From: Macrostomum lignano
Lineage: Eukaryota
Direction of reading: 5' to 3'
Assembly: GCA_002269645.1 (NCBI GenBank)
Contig: NIVC01001097.1
Span: forward strand, 248,001-312,000
Length of the DNA: 64,000 bases
The notes beneath the pieces were generated by a model that was given only the letters and a program-made list of their open reading frames with translations, had not been told where the DNA came from and did not search any database. Below, one piece after another: positions 55,075-64,000 of this stretch. A program made the translations under genes and the position numbers. Each line of letters begins with the position of its first letter. Within the stretch, counting starts at the first letter, position 1.

Positions 55075-57672
55075 GTATCCTGCCATCCCTGTCACCAGTA
55101 TCCTGACATTCCTGTCACCAGTATCCACCAGTTTCCTGTCACCAGTATCCTGCCATCCCTGTCACCAGTATCCACCAGTTTCCTGTCACCAGTATCCTGA
55201 CGTTCCTGTCACCAGTATCCACCAGTTTCCTGTCACCAGTATCCTGACATTCCTGACACCAGTATCCTGATATTCCTGACACCAGTATCCTGACATTCCT
55301 GACACCAGTATCCTGCCATCCCTGTCACCAGTATCCTGACATTCCTGACACCAGTATCCTGCCATCCCTGTCACCAGTATCCTGACATTCCTGTCACCAG
55401 TATCCACCAGTTTCCTGTCACCAGTATCCTGATATTCCTGACACCAGTATCCTGACATTTCTGTCACCAGTATCCTGACATTCCTGACACCAGTACCCTG
55501 AAATTCTTGTCACCAGTACCCTGACATTCCTGTCACCAGTATCCTGACATTCCTGTCACCAGTATCCTGACACTCCTGACACCAGTATCCTGACATTCCT
55601 GACACCAGTATCCTGACATTCCTGTCACCAGTATCCTGACATTCCTGACACCAGTACCCTGAAATTCCTGTCACCAGTACCCTGACATTCCTGTCACCAG
55701 TACCCTAAAATTCCTGTCACCAGTACCCTGACATTCCTGTCACCAGTACCCTGAAATTCCTGTCACCAGTACCCTGACATTCCTGTCACCAGTATCCTGA
55801 CATTCCTGTCACCAGTATCCTGACATTCCTGTCACCAGTATCCTGATATTCCTGTCACCAGTACCCTGACATTCCTGTCACCACTATCCTGACATTCCTG
55901 TCACCAGTACCCTGACATTCCTGTCACCAGTACCCTGAAATTCCTGTCACCAGTACCCTGACATTCCTGTCACCAGTATCCTGACATTCCTGTCACCAGT
56001 ATCCTGACATTCCTGTCACCAGTATCCTGATATTCCTGACACCAGTATCCTGGCATTCCTGTCACCAGTATCCTGATATTCCTGACACCAGTATCCTGGC
56101 ATTCCTGTCACCAGTATCCTGACATTCCTGTCACCAGTACCCTGACATTCCTGTCACCAGTATCCTGATATTCCTGACACCAGTATCCTGGCATTCCTGT
56201 CACCAGTATCCTGATATTCCTGACACCAGTATCCTGGCATTCCTGTCACCAGTATCCTGACATTCCTCTCACCAGTATCCTGACATTCCTGTCACTAGTA
56301 CCCTGACATTCCTGTCACCAGTACCCTGACATTCCTGTCACCAGTATCCTGATATTCCTGACACCAGTATCCTGGCATTCCTGTCACCAGTATCCTGATA
56401 TTCCTGACACCAGTATCCTGGCATTCCTGTCACCAGTATCCTGATATTCCTGACACCAGTATCCTGGCATTCCTGTCACCAGTATCCTGACATTCCTGTC
56501 ACCAGTACCCTGACATTCCTGTCACCAGTATCCTGATATTCCTGACACCAGTATCCTGGCATTCCTGTCACCAGTATCCTGATATTCCTGACACCAGTAT
56601 CCTGACATTCCTGTCACCAGTATCCTGACATTCCTGACACCAGTACCCTGAAATTCTTGTCACCAGTACCCTGACATTCCTGTCACCAGTATCCTGACAT
56701 TCCTGTCACCAGTATCCTGATATTCCTGACACCAGTATCCTGGCATTCCTGTCACCAGTATCCTGATATTCCTGACACCAGTATCCTGGCATTCCTGTCA
56801 CCAGTATCCTGACATTCCTCTCACCAGTATCCTGACATTCCTGTCACCAGTACCCTGACATTCCTGTCACCAGTACCCTGACATTCCTGTCACCAGTATC
56901 CTGATATTCCTGACACCAGTATCCTGGCATTCCTGTCACCAGTATCCTGATATTCCTGACACCAGTATCCTGGCATTCCTGTCACCAGTATCCTGATATT
57001 CCTGACACCAGTATCCTGGCATTCCTGTCACCAGTATCCTGGCATTCCTGTCACCAGTATCCTGATATTCCTGACACCAGTATCCTGGCATTCCTGTCAC
57101 CAGTATCCTGATATTCCTGACACCAGTATCCTGGCATTCCTGTCACCAGTATCCTGACATTCCTCTCACCAGTATCCTGACATTCCTGTCACCAGTACCC
57201 TGACATTCCTGTCACCAGTACCCTGACATTCCTGTCACCAGTATCCTGATATTCCTGACACCAGTATCCTGGCATTCCTGTCACCAGTATCCTGATATTC
57301 CTGACACCAGTATCCTGGCATTCCTGTCACCAGTATCCTGATATTCCTGACACCAGTATCCTGGCATTCCTGTCACCAGTATCCTGACATTCCTCTCACC
57401 AGTATCCTGACATTCCTGTCACCAGTACCCTGACATTCCTGTCACCAGTACCCTGACATTCCTGTCACCAGTATCCTGATATTCCTGACACCAGTATCCT
57501 GGCATTCCTGTCACCAGTATCCTGATATTCCTGACACCAGTATCCTGGCATTCCTGTCACCAGTATCCTGATATTCCTGACACCAGTATCCTGGCATTCC
57601 TGACACCAGTATCCTGGCATTCCTGTCACCAGTATCCTGATATTCCTGACACCAGTATCCTGGCATTCCTGA
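55075..57672. repeat. 23-bp minisatellite, ~113 copies, with higher-order blocks
   Basis: TCCTG(T/A)CACCAGTATCCTG(ACA/ATA/GCA)T; ends at the acceptor of the EF-hand gene. Confidence 0.98.
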
Positions 57673-57688
57673 CATCCCGGCAGCCGCC

Positions 57689-58090
57689 ATGAGCCTCCGC
57701 GATCTCTTCAACGCCTTCGACACCGACGGCAACGGCACCCTGGACCGCGCCGAGTTCGGCGCCCTCCTCCGCGCCTTCAGCACCGACCTGGACGAGCCGA
57801 GCGTCCTGGCTATCATGGCCGATGTCGACCGCGACCGCAACGGCTGCGTTGACTTCGCCGAGTTCGAGGCGGTGGCCGCCAAGCACATCGGCGCCGAGCT
57901 GCCCGACCTGCGCTACCTCGCCGACTTCCGCGCCCTGGACGCGGACAGGAACGGCCTGCTGAGCCAGTCGGAGGCGGCCGAGCTGGCCTCGCGCCTCGGC
58001 CGCGCGGTGGACCCCAACCGGCTGGCCGCGGCCGACAAGAACGGCGACGGGAACCTCAACTACCCGGAGTTCGTGCAGCTGATGCAGTGA
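57689..58090 (+). CDS. Calmodulin-like 4-EF-hand calcium-binding protein, 133 aa, intronless CDS
   Basis: EF loops DTDGNGTLDRAE, DRDRNGCVDFAE, DADRNGLLSQSE, DKNGDGNLNYPE; CCGGCAG acceptor 5 nt before GCCGCC-ATG. Confidence 0.93.
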   Translation: MSLRDLFNAFDTDGNGTLDRAEFGALLRAFSTDLDEPSVLAIMADVDRDRNGCVDFAEFEAVAAKHIGAELPDLRYLADFRALDADRNGLLSQSEAAELASRLGRAVDPNRLAAADKNGDGNLNYPEFVQLMQ

Positions 58091-58185
58091 CCGCCGGCAG
58101 GATGAGCGCCGCAGGGGCATCAGCTTCGGGGCTGCAGCTGCGTCATTAACAATTAGGGATCTCCGAACTGGAGTGTGGGAGCCAA

Positions 58186-58585
58186 TTGGGGTCTGGAATT
58201 CAGAGCACAGGTGCTGATTGGGGTCTGGAATTCAGAGCACAGGTGCTGATTGGGGTCTGGAATTCAGATCACAGGTGCTGATTGGGGTCTGGAATTCAGA
58301 TCACAGGTGCTGATTGGGGTCTGGAATTCAGAGCACAGGTGCTGATTGGGGTCTGGAATTCAGAGCACAGGTGCTGATTGGGTCTGGAATTCAGAGCACA
58401 GGTGCTGATTGGGGTCTGGAATTCAGAGCACAGGTGCTGATTGGGGTCTGGAATTCAGAGCACAGGTGCTGATTGGGGTCTGGAATTCAGAGCACAGGTG
58501 CTGTTTGGGGTCTGGAATTCAGAGCACAGGTGCTGATTGGGGTCTGGAATTCAGAGCACAGGTGCTGATTGGGGTCTGGAAATCA
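58186..58585. repeat. 32-bp minisatellite, ~12 copies
   Basis: GGGGTCTGGAATTCAGAGCACAGGTGCTGATT. Confidence 0.95.
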
Positions 58586-59106
58586 GATCACACTCCTGTG
58601 CTCTCCTAAACTTTCAGTGGGGATCAGACTGCAGCACCCTGCTGAGTACTCTGAAGCCTCATCAAGCTGCCATCAGCAATTTGCATATTTGCTGACACAC
58701 TTTGCCGCCTGCCTGAAGAGGCGTTTTGTCTGACTTGTCCCTACTGCAATCTCGCACTCGGGCTCCCATCTGCTTTATTCTGAGTTTGCCTCGCACATTC
58801 ATTAAGCACCCACACACCGCTCCGACCTGTCAACCACAGCATCACAGCCCCATAATTACAAAATTAACTCTTCACGATGTTTTATTGCAGATCCCATATT
58901 GCAGAATCCCCCCCAGTCTCGGTTTGCATTGCTAAATACATGGATGGCTATTCTCTACTAGGAGTCAATAAGTGCACATTGTAATTTTTGTGCCCTACGC
59001 GGCAGCAATCCTTAACAATAGCACTAAGCCCTAAATAAAAATATTACTGGCAGTTAAACTTCCGTGAGTTCATTTGGAGTTGCACAGTGCATCGCGCGGG
59101 GCTGCG

Positions 59107-61964
59107 TCAGCGTTGCGCAGTCTCCGTCTGGCTGGTGGTCACCCAGCCGCTGCTGCTGGCGCTGCCGCCCGCTGACAGCTGCGACAGAAGCTCCGCCGTG
59201 TTGGCTGCCCGGAGCTGCGAATCCGAGGTGGCTGCGTGATGACCGCCACCGCCACCAATGCTCCTGAGAATTGTCAAGTGCGCGCAACAGTCACTGCTTG
59301 ACTGAAGTCTTGCTGCATCCCCAGTGAGTTCCTGAAGCCCTGCTGCATCCCCAGTGAGTTCCTGAAGCCCTGCTGCATCCCCAGTGAGTTCCTGAAGCCC
59401 TGCTGCATCCCCAGTGAGTTCCTGAAGCCCTGCTGCATCCCCAGTGAGTTCCTGAAGCCCTGCTGCATCCCCAGTGAGTTCCTGAAGCCCTGCTGCATCC
59501 CCAGTGAGTTCCTGAAGCCCTGCTGCATCCCTAGTGAGTTCCTGAAGCCTTGCTGCATCCCCAGGTCTCACCCGGTCCCAGTTGTCCAGTCCGAGGCGCT
59601 GGAGCTCCATGTGGACCAGCTGCACCAATCAGCACTGAAGTGCAAATTTCATGGCACAAATGGCTTCGCTCAGCACAGAGAATTCTTAGGCTTCCAGATT
59701 CCATCTCGCAACTCAGCACTCACCTGTTCTGCACCTGCGCATTGTGGCCACCTCGGGGCCTCCTTCGCCTTTTTCTCCGCCTCCGACGCCGCTTGCGCCT
59801 CCTCCTTGGTCTTCTCTTCTTCCTGCGCGACCTCCTCCCCTTCCTTCGCCTCTTCCTCTTCTTGTTCGGCTTGCCTCCTTCCTTGCTCGCTTCCTTGGCC
59901 GGCTGTTTGGCCCCCTGCGCCGCCAGCTGCCGCTTCAAGATGATCCGCTCGAAGGCGCGGCCCATGTCTATGTGCTCGCTGCACATGGGCCGACCGAACT
60001 GGTCGATGACGAACTCCCAGCTGAGCAGGCAGCCGCAGAGGCTGCACATGAAGCACTCCGGATGGCGCAGCGTCGTGTTGCACCGGTCGGTCAGCTGGAT
60101 GGCCTCGCCGACAATCTGGGTGCCGCAGACGGCGCAGGCAGCTGCTTGCGGGTGGTGCGCCGGGCACAGCGGCTGCCGGCGTTCATCGAGAGTGAAGCCG
60201 GGCTCGAATTTCAGGACGGCGCCGCAGGCTGTGACGCTGCAGTACAGGTGGTGAGGGTGGTAGGCCTTGCCGTGCAGCTCGACCTGGGCTTCGGGAGTGA
60301 CGACAGGATAAATTAGGATGCACGAATGTGATGCATTTCTATTTTGCACCTTTGCAGTCTGCTAGGGTGCCACTGGTGTCTTTTTGATGCCATTTTTGCA
60401 TCTTTTTGGGCCATTTCAGTGTCTGTTTGGGTGTCATTTTGATGGCTGTTTGGGTGTCATTTTGATGGCTGTTTGGGTGTCATTTTGATGGCTGTTTGGG
60501 TGTCATTTTGATGGCTGTTTGGGTTTCATTTTGATGGCTGTTTGGGTGTCATTTTGATGGCTGTTTGGGTGTCATTTTGATGGCTGTTTGGGTGTCATTT
60601 TGATGGCTGTTTGGGTGTCATTTTGATGGCTGTTTGGGTGTCATTTTGATGGCTGTTTTGGTATTATTTTAATGGCTGTTTGGGTGCCATTTTGATGGCT
60701 GTTTGGGTGTCATTTTGATGGCTGTTTGGGTGCCATTTTGATGGCTGTTTGGGTGTCATTTTGATGGCTGTTTGGGTGCCATTTTGATGGCTGTTTGGGT
60801 GCCATTTTGATGGCTGTTTGGGTGCCATTTTAGTGCCTCATCGCCAGGTGGAACCTGGAAGGAAGCTGGGTGCCAGGGTCGGGAACATATACATGTACAT
60901 GCGCGCGATGGTGGATTCCATAATCGAGAGTTTTTCAGGGAAGCTCGCTTAGAGATTTGTTAATAAGCCAGGCAATCTGTGACCAGAGCACGGCCGCACT
61001 GTAGCGAGAGTCCGCTGTCAGTTTTGCGTGACCCGCCCGAGCAGGAACTCCCGGGCCAGGCCATAAAGGCTGAGGGAGACTTGATTAAAATTAATTCATT
61101 TGATTGAAGCTTCTATAGCTTCATCAGCCGCGTAGTCCCTGCAGCTTCCCCGATCACTTCACCAATGAGAAGATTTTGAAAAAATGTTCTGATTGACAAA
61201 GCAGCAAGTTGAGGCGAGCTGGATCAGAATGTTTAGGAAGTTCCATTGAGGTGCGCTTGCAAAGCCTCACATTCTTGAGCTGCCTCATGATTGACGCTTT
61301 TAGCTTTAATGCTCAGCGTGCAAATTTTATCGATCGGAGTCTGTGATTGGGTGGCACATCATCTTCCCACGGATTTCCACTGTGGGCTGAGGAGGCTGCC
61401 CCAATCTGCCACATGGGTGCCACTCTGGGCTGAGTCCCAACCCAGGGTAAAGTCTTTCGATCACGAGCCCTCCCAGCGACTTGCCCAGCTCTTCCCGTTG
61501 ATGATGGGGCCGCCGCAGTGAGCGCAGATGGTCAGCACGCGGAAGCAGCGCTGACAGCAGATCCGGTTGCCCAGCCGGAAGGCGCGCAGGCCCAGCATCA
61601 CCGAGCAGCAGATGCAGCAGCGAAAGCACTCAATGTGGCAGGCCATGAGGTCCGTGCGGATAAACTGGTCTCCGGAGATCAAGTCCTTGCAGAAGTGACA
61701 CCGCGAGCCGCTGTTCAAGGAGCCGAGCCGGGTGGACGCGATATTGACCCCGGCTGACCCCCAGACGACCATCGCTTGCTGTTGCTGTTGCTGCTGCCGT
61801 TGTTGTTGCTGTGGCGGCTGCTGCTGCGGGATCTGCGGTGGCGGCAGCTGCTGTGGGATCTGCGGAGGCGGCTGCTGCGGGATCTGCGGAGGCGGCAGCT
61901 GCTGCTGCATCTGCGGAGGCTGCAACGGTGGCTGCTGCGGCCAGCCCGCCATAGGCGCGGCCAT
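59107..61964 (-). CDS. Three-LIM-domain protein with a Gln/Pro-rich N-terminus and a Lys/Arg-rich tract; exons 61964-61485, 60283-59724, 59634-59572, 59263-59107
   Basis: LIM1 CHFC...HIECFRCCIC...CQRC; LIM2 CAHC-x18-HPHHLYC...C...CPAH is completed only through a GC-AG intron; LIM3 CAVC...HPECFMCSLC...CSEH. Phases 0,2,2 are consistent. Confidence 0.85.
59305..59562. repeat. 30-bp minisatellite, ~8 copies, intronic
   Basis: TGCTGCATCCCCAGTGAGTTCCTGAAGCCC. Confidence 0.96.
60420..60835. repeat. 23-bp minisatellite, ~18 copies, inside the GC-AG intron
   Basis: GCTGTTTGGGTGTCATTTTGATG. Confidence 0.96.
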
Positions 61965-62188
61965 GAGACAGGAGTGCCAAGTTCAGTCAGCGCAATTCCT
62001 CCACAGGCCGTCCCGTGTTGCGACAAGAAAGAAATGACTGATCATGACTGACTGACTGAGCATATGGGGGATCGCATCAGACTTGGCTGAATGCATCAAA
62101 ACCAGAATCATATAGTAGGAGTCACTCGGAGCCATAGACGACTGCAATGAAGTGAAACATGCAAAACTTCGAGCAAACAATGGATAAA

Positions 62189-62595
62189 CCAAGGAATTCT
62201 AAATCTAGCAACTGGAATGACAACTGAAATAGCGGTGAGGACTTTTTTATACAAGATGAGGCTTACTGCGATTGCCACAGACATAGGATTTGTTTGCCGC
62301 ATCAACTTAGATTGCCACTAAGAAGAATTAGCTTCGTTCGCCTTATTTTGTCTTAGCCTGTAAGCACTAATATGCCAGAGTGACTTTCCCGAAGCCAAGT
62401 CTCTGCAGAAGTTTTGCGCCCTCTGCACGCCAAATAAATGCGCCGTTTTTGGCTGCAAGTCCGGCAGCGAGTCGGAAACGCGCACGCTTGTTTACGTGTT
62501 TACGTCGCACACTTGCGATCTCTAATCTTGGCCTCATCTTGTAAATAGCTTATATTTCAGTTGTCATTCCAGTTGCTGGATTTAGAATTCCTTGG
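62189..62595. mobile_element. MITE-like element with ~65-70 bp terminal inverted repeats
   Basis: CCAAGGAATTCTAAATCTAGCAACTGGAATGACAACTGAAATA...ACAAGATGAGGC versus its reverse complement at 62531-62595. TSD not resolved. Confidence 0.8.
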
Positions 62596-64000
62596 ATAAG
62601 TAATCAGTGGCGAGTGACATTGTTGTCACGTGCTGCGACCGCTGATTCTTTGCATTGTTTTGCTGCCTGACGTATGTAGTAGTGCATGAAAATGCGTATA
62701 TTGATCGTTAAATTGCTAGACAATGCTTTCAGGAAGTGATTTTCCCGCTGTATTATGCACATTGAGAACTATGTTTTCTCCCATGCTGCGGGCACTCATT
62801 TCCTGGAAACCGATCTACACGAACAAGTTGAGATTACAGCACCTGAGGTCAGCGGAAAGTGGAAGCATTATAATTTCAATGCTCCGCGATCCCCTTGCAG
62901 CATCGATTTGAACTCAATTCGCCCCAGAACTGCCGACAATTGTGGTAGGACAGTCTGATGATAGAACTTCAGGCTGCTGCTGTGTCCCCAGCCCGCTGAC
63001 TCAGGGCAAACAATCAATTCCACTCGGCTGCCCTCCTAGATACGCTAATAAAATTGCTGGGAGCCAAAAACACAGCTGGGGCGGAGTGACCAGTCAATAT
63101 CGGATATTTGACTTCCAGTTTAGACAGCCAAATTCCTAACTAAACACAGCAGCCCCGGCCGCGGCTTCCGCTTGGCAACGGCAAAGCTGCGGCGCTGTTA
63201 TAGCGGCCGAATTGTTTGTTATAGTCCAGTCGATAGCCGAACAAATTGTTGGAGCCGGTGGCCATTGGTTAATCGATACTCCAGCTTCGTTACGCTCGTA
63301 TACGTTTCTCGTAGAGATTGTTAATCCAGTCCCCTCAGAGTTGTCCACCATGTGGGTGCTTCAACAATGGACAATCTCCTATATGGGTTGACTGACGTAC
63401 ATTTTAAATCAATTAGTCGGTTGCTTCACCAGAAATTACAGTATATAATTGATCTGAAGTAAAATCCTCGGCGAAATTAAAAAACTCGGCTAGTGCCTCA
63501 TTATTCAGTACGCTTCGGCCGATCCAAATACGAGTATACCATTTGTTACGCCCATTAAACCGTAAGCCACAAATATGAAATTCTCAATGGATTACTAGAC
63601 AATGGGGGATTCCATCCGGCAGCGGCGCCCAGCAGACCTAGGGCGGCCTTCCAATTCATCCGGGCCGTCGGCAGGCCGTGTCCCAGAGAGCCCAGCTGCA
63701 ACGACAGTGTCCACCAGACCATCATCTTGCGCCGGCGGTGACGATCCCAACTGCAGGCGGGCCACGTGATCCAGACCAAGAGCTACATGTACATGTAACT
63801 GTCCCCCCCAGCCTCTGCAGGATGTCGCTGCTCAACATTCAAGGGCCATTTACGAGTTGACGGGGCCAGGCGCGACACGGGAACTGCCTGCTGTGTTGGA
63901 CCTGCCAACACAAACTCTGGTCCGCTCGATCGCGCTACAGCGTGCAGTGCCATCTGACGCACTCTCTGACCGCATGACTTTACTTTTAAGGTTGCACCTG

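Noticed and set aside
59670-59900. Apparent frameshift in the LIM gene
   Set aside because: The LIM frame splices consistently (phases 2,2) to the last exon, so no frameshift is required; kept only as a dual-frame curiosity.
62700-64000. Short ORFs and a GC-rich segment at the window end
   Set aside because: Frames are interrupted by stops, no recognisable motif, and the context is cut off by the window edge.

Overview
Eukaryotic (metazoan) genomic DNA, not prokaryotic. GC-rich spliced exons sit among AT-rich spacers, and most introns are filled with 15-59 bp minisatellites. This style, plus the gene content, suggests a Macrostomum-like flatworm (inference, not verified). Genes I can reconstruct by hand: PFDN4 (-), MARCH5/MARCHF5 (-), an Ikaros/Hunchback-type C-terminal zinc-finger gene (+), a calcineurin-B-homologous protein (+), a rhodopsin-family peptide GPCR (-), an unidentified ~293-aa three-exon gene (-), a PR/SET-like plus 6x C2H2 gene (-), DEPDC1/1B (+), a 4-EF-hand protein (+) and a 3-LIM protein with a GC-AG intron (-). 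Mobile DNA: a young but disabled Ty3/Gypsy element with a visible -1 frameshift signal and an anomalous LTR+PBS+gag-start duplication; an RTE-like LINE inserted into a minisatellite; an internally deleted LOA/R1-like LINE; a 3.5-kb hAT element and a hAT-type MITE, both with 8-bp TSDs; and further MITEs. Most striking patterns: (1) minisatellite units that are tandem copies of exon/intron junctions, creating arrays of up to ~18 near-identical splice sites; (2) tightly spaced same-strand genes, and a PFDN4 with no in-frame ATG, compatible with operons and a spliced-leader-donated AUG. All splice models are manual and untested against RNA data.
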